Positions 27,645 through 38,089 are shown, counted from the stretch's first letter. The stretch is DNA of 61,892 bases from Promethearchaeia archaeon (GCA_029856105.1 JAHQWH010000016.1:1-61892), one strand, 5' to 3'. The notes: generated from the sequence alone by a model not told the origin. Program-made: numbers and translations.

Positions 27645-28355
27645 TTAAAATTTCTTAGTAATTTGGTTTCGATATTTGATATACTCTTTTAAATCTTTTA
27701 TTTTCTCAAGTTTAAATCGCTCCAATCCTAAATTTGAAAGAGAAAATCCATATAAGTCTTCTAGAAAAGTTACAATCATATAAGCTGTTGCTCCCCAAAT
27801 AGTATATTTTTTGCCATTTTCTTTATTGATGTAATTAAAGTAAAATATTGGGAACTTATTGCCATCAATGTCTACAGCTTGTTCTCGAAATTTTTTTTTG
27901 TTTAAGAAAAAATCGATAGGAATTTTTAATATTTTCTGAACCTCTCTATCCTCTTTAATTAATTTTTGATTTTGATCAATGATTGCTACAAATGGGGTGA
28001 TAATATACTTCGTCATTGTAGGAAAATCGTCAAGACAACCTAGAATTTTAATATTTTTCCTTGGTACACCAATTTCTTCTTCAGTTTCTCTTAAAGCAGT
28101 GTCTTTTAAGGATTTATCGTTATTATCTTCGAATTTCCCCCCTGGAAACGACATTTCACCTCTATGGCTTGTTCCTCTATTTGAACGATGAATTAATATT
28201 AATTCGTAGGGTTTTTCTTTGTATGGAACGATAGAAAAAAGCACTGCTGAACTTGTAAAAAAATTGTCTTTAAGAGATACTCTCAAAGGCGAATCGCAGT
28301 CATAAAGTTTGCTCTTAATAAGATTTTCATCGAAAATTAAGTTCAAAGAATCCAT
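27645..28355 (-). CDS. CoA pyrophosphatase (Nudix), tandem paralog
   Basis: HRGEMSFPGGK..TALRETEEEIG and IWGAT. Confidence 0.9.
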   Translation of the reverse strand: MDSLNLIFDENLIKSKLYDCDSPLRVSLKDNFFTSSAVLFSIVPYKEKPYELILIHRSNRGTSHRGEMSFPGGKFEDNNDKSLKDTALRETEEEIGVPRKNIKILGCLDDFPTMTKYIITPFVAIIDQNQKLIKEDREVQKILKIPIDFFLNKKKFREQAVDIDGNKFPIFYFNYINKENGKKYTIWGATAYMIVTFLEDLYGFSLSNLGLERFKLEKIKDLKEYIKYRNQITKKF

Positions 28356-28429
28356 GAATTTTAGGAAAAATTTTAAGATGGTAATTAATTTAAGATTATA
28401 ATATTGAATCCTAATAAAATTTTTAGTAA

Positions 28430-28741
28430 GTGTTAAAATTGAAGTTACCTAAAGAACTTAGAGAGAAAGGAGACCTTAGCGCTACAGCAAGTAAGGGAAA
28501 AAGTTGTTCAGTGAAAGGCTGTGGAGAACTCGCTATAAGATCGCTTTCAGAAAATAAATGGAAAACTTACATTGAGAAAGCAAATTTAAAAATTATTGAA
28601 AACAGGCAGCATAAAATTTACCTCTGTAAAAAACATTATAAAGACGCGAATAAATATAGAAAATCCCAAGAAAAAGTATACCAGAAGAAGGGTTTTTTAG
28701 AAAATTCCGCTGCTCTAGGTAAAGAGAAACGTTGGGATTAA
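28430..28741 (+). CDS. small zinc-finger protein (start uncertain)
   Basis: CSVKGC..AIRSL..YLCKKHYK. Confidence 0.7.
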   Translation: MLKLKLPKELREKGDLSATASKGKSCSVKGCGELAIRSLSENKWKTYIEKANLKIIENRQHKIYLCKKHYKDANKYRKSQEKVYQKKGFLENSAALGKEKRWD

Positions 28742-28766
28742 CTGATACTCTTAACCTAAAACGTTT

Positions 28767-28892
28767 TTATGTAAAAAAATTCATTTGCTCGTAAAGAGAA
28801 TTAATTCTAAGATAATCGTTATTTATGATTCCTAGTGTTAGTAGAGACAAAGCGATAATAAAAATTATAAGACCAATTAGTTTTTTTCTCAT
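28767..28892 (-). CDS. 41-aa single-TM microprotein (not in ORF track)
   Basis: MRKKLIGLIIFIIALSLLTLGIINNDYLRINSLYEQMNFFT*. Confidence 0.55.
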   Translation of the reverse strand: MRKKLIGLIIFIIALSLLTLGIINNDYLRINSLYEQMNFFT

Positions 28893-28942
28893 GTTAATCA
28901 AATATTATAATATTTGAAATAAATTAAAAATTTAGGTTTATA

Positions 28943-29818
28943 TTATTTAGTAAGATTTACTAGAGTCTTAATTTTTATATCAATTTTTTTAAGTTTTAAA
29001 TCAAAATCTTTGCTTTTAGCTTTAAAATCGTCTTCAGAAATTTCTTTTGCTGAAAATCGTCCTTTGTTTAAGTTTCTCTCCGATTGGAGTTCGGCTTTTT
29101 CCATTTTTAATTCCTTAATCCAAATTTTCATTCCTTCTGTCAAGTCTTTTTTCTCCGTTTCGAAGTCCTTTTTTTCTTGGTTGTACTTTTCTCGTAGATT
29201 TTCAAACGATTCTTTATCGACTTTGTGTAATTTAAATTCTTTTGAAAGGTTTTTTAATTGAAAGATTTTCTTTTCAATATCGTCTTGAATTCTCTGAACT
29301 ATAAATGGTTTCTCTACTTTTTGCTCTAATTCGCCTTCTTTTTGTTTTAGTTCAGTTATTAAAGTTTTAATCGCTTCGAGTTTTATATTAACAGTTTTCT
29401 TAAATTCTGGATCTACATCGTATCTTGGATCTTTTACAGATTTTTGAAGTTCTTTTAGTTTTTCAATCAATAATTGTTTATTTAATTGAGTATCATTATA
29501 TTCTATGTTCAAGATCATCTGCTCCTTAACTTCAAACGGGAGAGGTTTCTCTACAATTTCTTTTTCGTCTTTTTTATCCTTTTTCTTTTTGCCTTTTTCT
29601 TCTGGTTTTTCTGATAATTCTTCGACATCTTCTTCTTTAATAGTTTCCTCCGCGGGTTCTTCCCTAAATTTTTTCTTGTCTTTAATGAATTCTTTAGCTT
29701 TTTCGACCTCGGTTTTTTCTGGCTTTTTCACGCTTGCTAGAACTGGCTTCCCACAGATTATACAGAATTTGTCATTCTCCTTTAAGGGATTGCCGCAATA
29801 AACACAGTATTTAGCCAT
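28943..29818 (-). CDS. Zn-ribbon plus long coiled-coil protein
   Basis: YCVYCG..FCIICG, then charged helical repeats. Confidence 0.8.
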   Translation of the reverse strand: MAKYCVYCGNPLKENDKFCIICGKPVLASVKKPEKTEVEKAKEFIKDKKKFREEPAEETIKEEDVEELSEKPEEKGKKKKDKKDEKEIVEKPLPFEVKEQMILNIEYNDTQLNKQLLIEKLKELQKSVKDPRYDVDPEFKKTVNIKLEAIKTLITELKQKEGELEQKVEKPFIVQRIQDDIEKKIFQLKNLSKEFKLHKVDKESFENLREKYNQEKKDFETEKKDLTEGMKIWIKELKMEKAELQSERNLNKGRFSAKEISEDDFKAKSKDFDLKLKKIDIKIKTLVNLTK

Positions 29819-30030
29819 TTAACTTTTCATTTCTCGGTTTGTTTTAAAATAAGATATAATAAAATCATATTACATTTATAATTAAATTTTATTGGAGTCC
29901 AATAATTAAAATCGATACCAGCTTTAAAATTATGGTTTTATCTTTTAATATTTTTTACATTAAAAAAAATTAACTTTAAATAACTATTTAGTCGCACCAT
30001 AGATTTAATTGGTTTTTACTTGCTATTCAA

Positions 30031-30156
30031 ATGCTAGAAATTGAGCAATGGGTTAAAGAGAGTGAAGATAGATTTAAGTGTCCTCATTATTGAAAAGCAG
30101 TATCGGTATCAAGTAGAGTTTGTTATCATTGCGATGTTAAACTTTCAGGTTTATAA
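30031..30156 (+). pseudogene. decayed C-terminal zinc-ribbon fragment (DUF3795-like)
   Basis: EQWVKESEDRFKCPHY*KAVSVSSRVCYHC; looks like CPHCG degraded to CPHY-stop. Confidence 0.5.
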
Positions 30157-30214
30157 AAATAAAAAGATGTAGATGAAAAATCTCGGTTTCATGGATTTAG
30201 TTCAAATAAACATC

Positions 30215-30985
30215 TTAAGTTGGAAATAAGTGTTTCCTGCGACCTTCTGTTTTCACAAATATTAAATGATTTTTCAAAAGTTTGTCAACATGGTATTTTA
30301 CTGAGTTTCTCTTCAAATTTAATTGATGGGCAATTTTGCTTGAATAAATCCCTGGTTGAGATTCAATCAAATCTAAGATTTTTGTACTCTGTTTTGACTT
30401 AAGAAGAGACTTTATGGAATCTAAGTTTTGATCTTCATAATAAATTGGATAAAATATTGAATATTGTCCTAATTTTTCCTTTCTTATAATATTGAATTCA
30501 ATTAATAAAGATAAATGCCATTGCAATTGCCCTCTATGTATTTTGCATTTTCTAATGAGATCGTTATGGTGAATTCCGGGTTCTTTAAGAATAGTATCTA
30601 TTATTTTCTTACGAATTTCACTTTCAAAAATCTCATCAAACGATAAATTGTGGTTTTGGTAAATTTGAGCACTCTTTTTTTTACAATAATATTTGTAGTC
30701 ATTTAGAGAAAGAACAGCGTCAATAGAGGCGATATATATCAAGTATGACGATAGTATAATTATGAGAATTAGGATTAAATTTGGATTAAGTAATAAAAAT
30801 ATTATATCGAACTCATGTTGATCGTCTACAATTGGATAACCTAAATCTATTAAATTTTGACGTAGATTTATTAATATAACTAAAAATACAGATATAAATG
30901 TGATTGGAAATAATAGGGAGTATTTAATTTTGGAAATTAGATTGGGGTTACATTCATTTATTTTTTTTTTTTGATTCATCTTCAA
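30215..30985 (-). CDS. membrane-anchored double winged-HTH transcription regulator
   Basis: Two TM segments, then RKKIIDTILKEPGIHHNDL..LQWHL and PGIYSSKIA..VKYHV. Confidence 0.8.
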   Translation of the reverse strand: MKMNQKKKINECNPNLISKIKYSLLFPITFISVFLVILINLRQNLIDLGYPIVDDQHEFDIIFLLLNPNLILILIIILSSYLIYIASIDAVLSLNDYKYYCKKKSAQIYQNHNLSFDEIFESEIRKKIIDTILKEPGIHHNDLIRKCKIHRGQLQWHLSLLIEFNIIRKEKLGQYSIFYPIYYEDQNLDSIKSLLKSKQSTKILDLIESQPGIYSSKIAHQLNLKRNSVKYHVDKLLKNHLIFVKTEGRRKHLFPT

Positions 30986-31016
30986 TAATTTAATTTATTG
31001 ATATTTACATAAAACT

Positions 31017-31430
31017 TTAGGTATTAATCATTCTGAAAGGTAGTCCAAAAAAAGTGCTACTACCAATTAGTTTCAATATTTCTATTTGTTGATCAATTGT
31101 ACAATAGTATATAACTAATTCCCCCTTTCCTTCACACCTCTCTTCCAAGGATACATGAATACAATCAGGATGAATTTTTTCAATAGCATCAATAATATCC
31201 TGATGATCATCTACAATTTGACGTGCTGTTTCTATATCTGGAAGAGTTTCGCAAGTGTGATACCTACCATAAAAAAAAGTATTAAATATATTAGTAGCAA
31301 CAAAAGTTAGAGGAATTGCTAGAATAGAAATAATAAAGACTAGTATTATAATTAAACCAATTAACTTTTTTCCCTCTATGAGTCTTTTAGAGTCACCATT
31401 ATTTTGATAATTAAATGCACTTTTTCGCAT
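31017..31430 (-). CDS. membrane-anchored hypothetical protein
   Basis: One TM segment plus a Cys-containing external domain. Confidence 0.7.
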   Translation of the reverse strand: MRKSAFNYQNNGDSKRLIEGKKLIGLIIILVFIISILAIPLTFVATNIFNTFFYGRYHTCETLPDIETARQIVDDHQDIIDAIEKIHPDCIHVSLEERCEGKGELVIYYCTIDQQIEILKLIGSSTFFGLPFRMINT

Positions 31431-31708
31431 GGGTTCTGTTCATCTATTGCTATCTTATAAGAAGAAATAAACCTATGCAATTTTTAAATAAATTGGTCTA
31501 CCTTTAGAACAATCAGCAAGTAGTGTTTTACAAACCTATACAGTAAATAAATCTGCTTCTCTTCCAATAATGAATCAATGGGAACTCTTAAATAAAGAGC
31601 TTTAAAATTACATATTTATCTTTTAGTATTTTTTATATTAAAAGATATTAATTTTAAATAATTATTAAATTACATCATAGATTCATTTTATTTTTCCTTT
31701 TTATTTCA

Positions 31709-33151
31709 ATGTTAAAAATTGAGAAGAAAATTCCCGTCCACATTGGTCTTTTTGGCCATATAGATTCCGGCAAGACGGCAGTAGTCGCTGTTTTAAGTGA
31801 GTTTATTTCAACTGCAGGAATTGACGCTCATCCTCAGAGCAAGGAAAGGGGAATTACAATAGATTTAGGTTTTACGAGTTTAATTTTAGAGGAATATTTG
31901 ATCACCTTAGTAGATGGTCCTGGTCACGCCGATTTGATTAAAATTAGTGCTTCTTCAGTGGAGATTATTGATTGTGCTCTAATCGTAATTGATATAACTA
32001 AAGGCCCTCAGATTCAAACTGGAGAACATTTAATAATGATAGAATCGCTCGACATCAAAGATGTTATAGTAGTACTTAACAAAATTGACTTATTTAAAGG
32101 AGATTTAGATGCAGAAGTTAAGAAAATTAGAGAATTTTTTAAATCGACCTCATATGGTTCGGATATACCTATTTTTTCGGTTTCTGCAAAAAATCAACTC
32201 GGATTTGAAGATTTAAAGAAAGGAATTTTAGAGAAAATTAAAGCTTTAGATATTAAAAGAAATTACGAAGGAAGCGTTATTATCCCAATTGATCACCATT
32301 TTTTAATAAAGGGAAGAGGAGCGGTAATTACTGGTACGATATTGGAGGGGAGGTTAAAACCAAACCAGGATATAGATGTGATCCCGGTTAATACTTCAGG
32401 TAGAGTCAAAACTATTCAAATTTTTCATCAGAATGTTGATGAAGCTAAAGCAGGCGATAGAGTTGGAATAAATATAAAGGGATTAGATATTAAAAAGGTA
32501 TATCGAGGTTGTTACGCTACAAATAACAAGAAAGCATTCGATTTTTGCGACCTAATTGATATTCAAGTAAATCAAAGTAAATTATTCAAACCTAAGACTC
32601 AATTTGGAACCCAAGTGCATGTTACAATAGGGATGTTCACAGTTACGGGAAATTTATTTCCATATTATGAAAATAATGGGAAAAAGATTCAATTAGAAAG
32701 TTCGGGTGATTTAAATACATACAATGCCTTTTTATGGTTAAACGAAAAGGTTTTTATTAATAAGGAAAGGAATACAATGCTTTTAAGTCGATTGGACCTT
32801 CCACCGACAACCCTAAGGATACTCGGTGCAGCAAAATTGATCGCAGTAATTAAAGACCCTCCAAAATTGTATAAGTTTAAACTTAAGAAAGGATATGTTC
32901 AAAACCCTGAACAGACTCAAGGGATCGTTTGTAGTGGTTTAGCCCAAAGCTACGAAGGAGCTAAAAAAATCATTGGTCGCAAATTGGAGCCCCCATTTAC
33001 TAAAATTATTGATACTTTTGGAACGAAAGGATTAGTAATTGTAGGAATTGAAACAAAAGACCAAACCTTGAAAAAAGGAGACCCAATCGCTTTAAAAGAA
33101 TTACGGAGTTTCACATTGAAATCTAAAAAAGATTTAAATTTGCTGAATTAA
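31709..33151 (+). CDS. selB: selenocysteine-specific elongation factor SelB/eEFSec
   Basis: GHIDSGKT, PQSKERGITIDLGF, DGPGHADL, NKID, PIDHHF; archaeal/eukaryal-type C-terminal domain. Confidence 0.93.
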   Translation: MLKIEKKIPVHIGLFGHIDSGKTAVVAVLSEFISTAGIDAHPQSKERGITIDLGFTSLILEEYLITLVDGPGHADLIKISASSVEIIDCALIVIDITKGPQIQTGEHLIMIESLDIKDVIVVLNKIDLFKGDLDAEVKKIREFFKSTSYGSDIPIFSVSAKNQLGFEDLKKGILEKIKALDIKRNYEGSVIIPIDHHFLIKGRGAVITGTILEGRLKPNQDIDVIPVNTSGRVKTIQIFHQNVDEAKAGDRVGINIKGLDIKKVYRGCYATNNKKAFDFCDLIDIQVNQSKLFKPKTQFGTQVHVTIGMFTVTGNLFPYYENNGKKIQLESSGDLNTYNAFLWLNEKVFINKERNTMLLSRLDLPPTTLRILGAAKLIAVIKDPPKLYKFKLKKGYVQNPEQTQGIVCSGLAQSYEGAKKIIGRKLEPPFTKIIDTFGTKGLVIVGIETKDQTLKKGDPIALKELRSFTLKSKKDLNLLN

Positions 33152-33178
33152 TTAATAATATTAAGTGAGGTTGTTAAA

Positions 33179-33616
33179 ATGGAAAAAATTGAAACATCAG
33201 AAATTAATATCGATCCAGAAATATTAAGTCAAATTATGCAAAATTTAGAGAAGTTAGAAAGTTCTACAGACTTGGAGGGTTCTGCAATCGTATCAAAAAC
33301 GGGACTGAGAATAGCTAGCTCTGAAACTGCCGATATTGTAGCAGATATTTATAGTGCGAGCCCTGCCACATTAATTTCATTGGGAGAAAAAATTAGTCGG
33401 GGTTTGGGACAAGGAGATTTAAGAGAAATAGTAATTAGAGGGGTAAAAGGTTATACTATTATTTTAGTTGGAGATTCAGACAATAAATTCATGCTATTTA
33501 CGAATTGTAGTAAAGGCTATAAGCTTGGCTATTATTTCCATAAAATTCGTAAATCCTTTAAAGAAATGGAGCCCGTTCTTAAGAAAATTGAATCAAAAGG
33601 TTTACATACTTCATAA
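33179..33616 (+). CDS. roadblock/LC7 domain protein
   Basis: GSAIVSKTGLRIAS and LGQGDLREIVIRGVKG. Confidence 0.85.
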   Translation: MEKIETSEINIDPEILSQIMQNLEKLESSTDLEGSAIVSKTGLRIASSETADIVADIYSASPATLISLGEKISRGLGQGDLREIVIRGVKGYTIILVGDSDNKFMLFTNCSKGYKLGYYFHKIRKSFKEMEPVLKKIESKGLHTS

Positions 33617-33644
33617 ATTATAAGATTTGTAAGGTTACTTCTTT

Positions 33645-34034
33645 TTAAACGAGTTGCCATGTAACAAGATCACCAGATTTTAAGGGATATACTGATGCTC
33701 CTACACTGGGGCTAAAACTATTTATCATATATATCCAACTTCCACTAACACCGTCAATCGCTCTAACTATTATACCCCAACCGAAATCGTCATATATAAT
33801 AATACACCATTTCTCTAAGGCATCGAAGGCTGTAGTTTTACCATTATCAAGGGTAAAATTCGTTCTTGTTTTGATAGTTCCATTATTATAGTCTACAAAC
33901 AACGAGATATCCTCTACGCTCTCCAATGTCTCCAATGTCTCAGGTTTTTCATACAAAATAGTGAAAATTATCAAAGACGCAAAAGCTGAGATACCAACAA
34001 GAGCAATTATTATAAACTTGACTTTTTTTCTCAT
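33645..34034 (-). CDS. DUF4430 (transcobalamin C-terminal-like) membrane-anchored protein
   Basis: TAFDAL, VRAIDG, WIYMIN..SVGAS..LKSGD.VTW. Confidence 0.8.
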   Translation of the reverse strand: MRKKVKFIIIALVGISAFASLIIFTILYEKPETLETLESVEDISLFVDYNNGTIKTRTNFTLDNGKTTAFDALEKWCIIIYDDFGWGIIVRAIDGVSGSWIYMINSFSPSVGASVYPLKSGDLVTWQLV

Positions 34035-34065
34035 AAAATCTTCACGACAATATAAAAAATAATAA

Positions 34066-34899
34066 TTATTGAATACCTTTTTTTTTCCTACTTACTTTCC
34101 ACGTTATTAGTATTAAAGCACCAGTTAAAATTATTCCGAGAAATAAGGTTGGGAAAGAAGGTATCGTTTCATCGGGTGGTTCAGTCTTTTGAAAATTTAA
34201 TTCATAATCACTTAATTGTATCTCGAAATCAGGCCCAAAAATACTCTGGACTTTGCTATAGACAAGAATACCAGTTGTTCTATCATAAATCATTGTACTA
34301 TTTTGATTCTTATTATCTTGTTTAAAAGTAAATTCAATCATGTAATCATATTCCTTAAAAATGAATTCTCCTGGTAAGTATCCTGAATCTAATACCTGTT
34401 CTGCGGCTAAAGTTGTTAAGTTTCCTAAATTATTAATTTGAATTAGAAACCCAGAATGAAATGAATTATAACCAATAGCTAAGGATAATCCTGATTCGCT
34501 ATTAGATACATTGTAGAAGGTTGTGTTAGTAACCAACATTCCAGTGATATTTTCAATGAAAGAGATGTTGATGTAAGGAATCGGATTGTTAAAACATGAA
34601 GCTCCAAATGCTAAGGGATCATCATCATAAAACCCTGTAAAATTAACAACAATCTGGCCACTTGTATTTGTAATAGCATCACCACGCGGAACCCAATTTA
34701 AATCAAGCCACGTAAATTTTGAATCAAATTGCGAGACATTGTAAATATAAGTTCTGTCTAATTCTAACTGTTGGGAATATTTTTCGGGGATTTCTTGATT
34801 AGCTTTAGCATTTGGGGTTGAGACTAGAAAAAGTCCCTGAAATATCAGTGATAAGGCAAAAATACTTAGAAATGTAGTTTTTTTATTCATAATATCCAT
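34066..34899 (-). CDS. surface protein with signal peptide and C-terminal sorting/TM anchor
   Basis: YDRTTGIL motif; TIPSF, TM helix, RKKK tail. Confidence 0.75.
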   Translation of the reverse strand: MDIMNKKTTFLSIFALSLIFQGLFLVSTPNAKANQEIPEKYSQQLELDRTYIYNVSQFDSKFTWLDLNWVPRGDAITNTSGQIVVNFTGFYDDDPLAFGASCFNNPIPYINISFIENITGMLVTNTTFYNVSNSESGLSLAIGYNSFHSGFLIQINNLGNLTTLAAEQVLDSGYLPGEFIFKEYDYMIEFTFKQDNKNQNSTMIYDRTTGILVYSKVQSIFGPDFEIQLSDYELNFQKTEPPDETIPSFPTLFLGIILTGALILITWKVSRKKKGIQ

Positions 34900-35047
34900 T
34901 TTTTGTAATTATAGGTTATGGAGTATATAGTGAATGGAGATTTTTAAACATAAGGAAAGTTATCCTATTTTTTCCGAACTTTTAATACTCACCCTTCATA
35001 ATCTATACCTATCATATTAACCAAAAAAAGTTGAAGATAATAGAAAT

Positions 35048-35722
35048 ATGAACCTTAGTTCAGATACACCCAAGAACCATAATAAATCTCAAACTATAAT
35101 CACTAATAATGCTGAGAAGATAGAAACTGAAAGAGTTACTAGTTCAGTTTGGTTGGAAAGGAAAACCTTTCGGATTGCTCTTATTGGCACATTTACGGCT
35201 TTAGCTATTGTTTTAGGGTATCTATTGGTACACCTTCCCAATATCGAGGTGTTTACTATGATGATCTTCTTAGCAGGATTTATAATGAGCAAAAAGGAAG
35301 GAGCGATTATTGGACTATTAAGTGCATCTATTTTTACATTCTTTAATTTGGTAGGAACTTCCATAATTATTCCACAACTTTTCGTATACCAATTAATTCA
35401 CTATTCTATGACGGGAGCTTTAGGTGGACTTGCTAAGGATTTCCTACGTAAAAAAGAGTATTTTAAACCAACAGAGGACCTATATATTTTTCGGATAATG
35501 TTACTATTCGGATTTTTAGGAGCAATTATTACGTTTATATTTGATATTTTAAGCACGTATTTTTTTTTAAGCGGTTTTACGGTTTCTATTACATTAGATT
35601 ACTTTGTAGTTTCATACTTAATAAATATAGTTTTTACTACGGTCCACTTAATAGGAAACATTTTAGTTTTTGTATTCCTACTACCAGGATTAATTCAGGT
35701 AATAACGAGATTACTAGATTAA
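35048..35722 (+). CDS. ECF transporter S component
   Basis: RIALIGTFTALAIV..LPNIE; six TM segments. Confidence 0.8.
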   Translation: MNLSSDTPKNHNKSQTIITNNAEKIETERVTSSVWLERKTFRIALIGTFTALAIVLGYLLVHLPNIEVFTMMIFLAGFIMSKKEGAIIGLLSASIFTFFNLVGTSIIIPQLFVYQLIHYSMTGALGGLAKDFLRKKEYFKPTEDLYIFRIMLLFGFLGAIITFIFDILSTYFFLSGFTVSITLDYFVVSYLINIVFTTVHLIGNILVFVFLLPGLIQVITRLLD

Positions 35723-35773
35723 CCTTAACGATTAATAAATTAAGAAGTTAATTAAAAAATTAGTAAAATTTGG

Positions 35774-36253
35774 TTAATTTGCTTCCGAAAGGAGTGTAAC
35801 TTTACCACCAGCAGACTCAATTTTCTCAATGGCTCGTTTTGAAGCTTTGTCAACTGTTAGATTAATTTTTTTATTAATATCTCCACGACCTAAGATTTTT
35901 TGGATATTTATATCTTTTAAATTAATGGTGTAAGTATTTCCCGTCTTAGTGGCAACATTTTTTACTGTGAGATCTTCAATTTTTGAATCTAAATCTTTTA
36001 TGTTTAGAGCGTTTACGCGGTAGATTCTGTTAATGTCTTGTGGTCTTTTAAAACCTCGTTTTCCAAAATCCCAATCTGGGTCTGGGAACCCAAGTTCTTT
36101 TTGCTTGAGATAATAACTTTTTTTACTTTTCTTCCATTGAGTTGTTTTACCTTTTCCAGCTCTCTGACCTGCTTTTCTGTGTTGACCTACTCTCCCATAT
36201 CCATGTGTACGGGTCCCTCTCATTTTTCTAACTTTTTTTGGGAATTTTCGCAT
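35774..36253 (-). CDS. rpl15: 50S ribosomal protein uL15
   Basis: RKMRGTRTHGYG, FGKRGF, KILGRG, AIEKIESAGG. Confidence 0.96.
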   Translation of the reverse strand: MRKFPKKVRKMRGTRTHGYGRVGQHRKAGQRAGKGKTTQWKKSKKSYYLKQKELGFPDPDWDFGKRGFKRPQDINRIYRVNALNIKDLDSKIEDLTVKNVATKTGNTYTINLKDINIQKILGRGDINKKINLTVDKASKRAIEKIESAGGKVTLLSEAN

Positions 36254-36274
36254 AGTTTTATTTCACCTTTCTAA

Positions 36275-36820
36275 TTAAATCATTTTATGAATTATCTCAT
36301 TAATATATTGCTCTACATATCCCAAGGTGCCACCTTCATTATAATGCTTTTTAATCGTACCACGGTGCCCTTTCCTTGGAGGGTGCAATCGAAACACGGG
36401 TTTTATTTTATTTATATCATTCGTTTTGTACTGAATTTCTCCAGATATTAAAGCTTTTGTAAGTTCTTTTAAATCCTTATATTTAGTTAGATTTTTAACA
36501 TGCTCGTCGGTGAGTGGTTTATTTCCTTCTACTTTCCCTCTTGCTCTCAATAATCTCAACAGTGTTTTTTCATCGATTTCACCATAAGCTATATAATCTT
36601 TACATTTTTTAAGCATACCAACATAGCTTATTTCACCCCAAATAAGAACTCCATGGTTAACCCTGTGCATTCTCAACATTTTCAGTGTGTCTAAAATTAC
36701 TCGTTTCATTCCTGGTGCGCCTCTTATACGAACTGCGAAGTACAGGACAGGGGGTTTCGGTTTTTTTATTTTAGATTTTTTTCTAACTATAACATTATTT
36801 TCAGCCATCATATACACCAC
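36275..36820 (-). CDS. rpl30: 50S ribosomal protein uL30 (exact start uncertain)
   Basis: AVRIRG, TLKMLRM, FRLHPPRKG. Confidence 0.95.
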   Translation of the reverse strand: MVYMMAENNVIVRKKSKIKKPKPPVLYFAVRIRGAPGMKRVILDTLKMLRMHRVNHGVLIWGEISYVGMLKKCKDYIAYGEIDEKTLLRLLRARGKVEGNKPLTDEHVKNLTKYKDLKELTKALISGEIQYKTNDINKIKPVFRLHPPRKGHRGTIKKHYNEGGTLGYVEQYINEIIHKMI

Positions 36821-36827
36821 TCATCAT

Positions 36828-37481
36828 CTATAAATTGAAATTAAATTTGTGAGCATTTTTAAGCGCGGTAACAGTAGCTTTTACAAGATTTTCGCTTGTT
36901 CTAGTATCGCCGAAAGTTTTGCTCCAGATATCTTCGATACCTGCTAATTTTAATACTTGTTTAACTTTATCTGCACAAGCTAACCCCACTCCTTGTGGCG
37001 CCGGGATCAATCGTATTTTCACAGAACCACATTTTCCATCTACCTTAAATGGTACGCTGTGAGTATGACCACAACCACATTCTTTACTACCACACCCTCT
37101 AAGAACGGGTATAACAGAAAGCTTAGCTCTATCAATTGCCTTTCTTATTGCAGGTCCTACTTCTCGTGACTTTGCTGAGCCTACACCTATAAAACCATCA
37201 GTTCCGACAAGTACAACTGCTTTGAATCTAGATCGTTGACCGCTAGCAGTCATTTGTTGTACCATGGAGATAGAAACCACACTCTCATTTAATTGTGGGA
37301 GAAGAATGTCGATAATTTGTTTCTCCTTGACAATGAGATTATTAGCAAATATTTTTTCTAATGTGATTAGGCCTTCTTTGACCAATTCGCCCAAGCGTGT
37401 TTTTGGAACCCATCCTTCGGTAGGATTTCTTGGTTTTCTTTTTCCTTGATTTCTTTGTCTTTGATTTCTTTGTTGACTCAT
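36828..37481 (-). CDS. rps5: 30S ribosomal protein uS5
   Basis: WVPKTRLG, GQRSRF, HSVPFKVDGKCGSV. Confidence 0.96.
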   Translation of the reverse strand: MSQQRNQRQRNQGKRKPRNPTEGWVPKTRLGELVKEGLITLEKIFANNLIVKEKQIIDILLPQLNESVVSISMVQQMTASGQRSRFKAVVLVGTDGFIGVGSAKSREVGPAIRKAIDRAKLSVIPVLRGCGSKECGCGHTHSVPFKVDGKCGSVKIRLIPAPQGVGLACADKVKQVLKLAGIEDIWSKTFGDTRTSENLVKATVTALKNAHKFNFNL

Positions 37482-37495
37482 TTTAACTCACTTGT

Positions 37496-38089
37496 TTAAG
37501 CATTATTTTCAATTGTTTTGAATGTATTCGAAACAATTTGACTAATTTTTAATGGATTTATTTTATTTTTCTTTAGATAACCTGAGAAAATTTGATCGTA
37601 TTTTTCTGGATTCTCGTTTTTTAGAAGATTCGCAAATTTTTCTATTTGAGCCCCAGTGATTCGTTCGTCCAAATCGTCTGGAAAGAAGCTTTCCTTATAG
37701 GGTACCTCTAATTCTGATTTTAAAATACCTTTAAAAGCCGCGAGTACTCGAATTCTATGGTAAAAGATGCCTAAATCGAGAATGGCTTCATGAATATTTT
37801 GTTTTTTAGCCCTCAGACCTGCTAAAAAACCAGTTAAATATGCTGCTGGGACATTTCCAGTATTTGCTTTATATCCAAATTTTGAAGTTAATTCCGTAGA
37901 ATGGGCAGAGACTAAAACTTTATCGCCACCGAATTTAGATTGAATAATTTGGACAATAATATGATTGTTTGAAGCCCTAATTACAACTCTTAACTTTTTT
38001 GATTTTAGTAACCTTAATCTCCTATGGTAATTTGTTTTACCTTCTTCTCTCCTTCGATTAGATCGACGATATCTCGGTCCTTTTGCCAT
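37496..38089 (-). CDS. rpl18: 50S ribosomal protein uL18
   Basis: RRREEGKTNY..RLRLL and NVPAAYLTG. Confidence 0.96.
   Translation of the reverse strand: MAKGPRYRRSNRRREEGKTNYHRRLRLLKSKKLRVVIRASNNHIIVQIIQSKFGGDKVLVSAHSTELTSKFGYKANTGNVPAAYLTGFLAGLRAKKQNIHEAILDLGIFYHRIRVLAAFKGILKSELEVPYKESFFPDDLDERITGAQIEKFANLLKNENPEKYDQIFSGYLKKNKINPLKISQIVSNTFKTIENNA

Noticed and set aside
30031-30156. In-frame TGA (30091) in a Cys-rich mini-ORF near selB as a selenoprotein
   Set aside because: The TGA sits at the Gly position of a CPxCG knuckle (GGA to TGA), the neighbouring Cys has become Tyr, and no SECIS is visible; more likely a decayed fragment.
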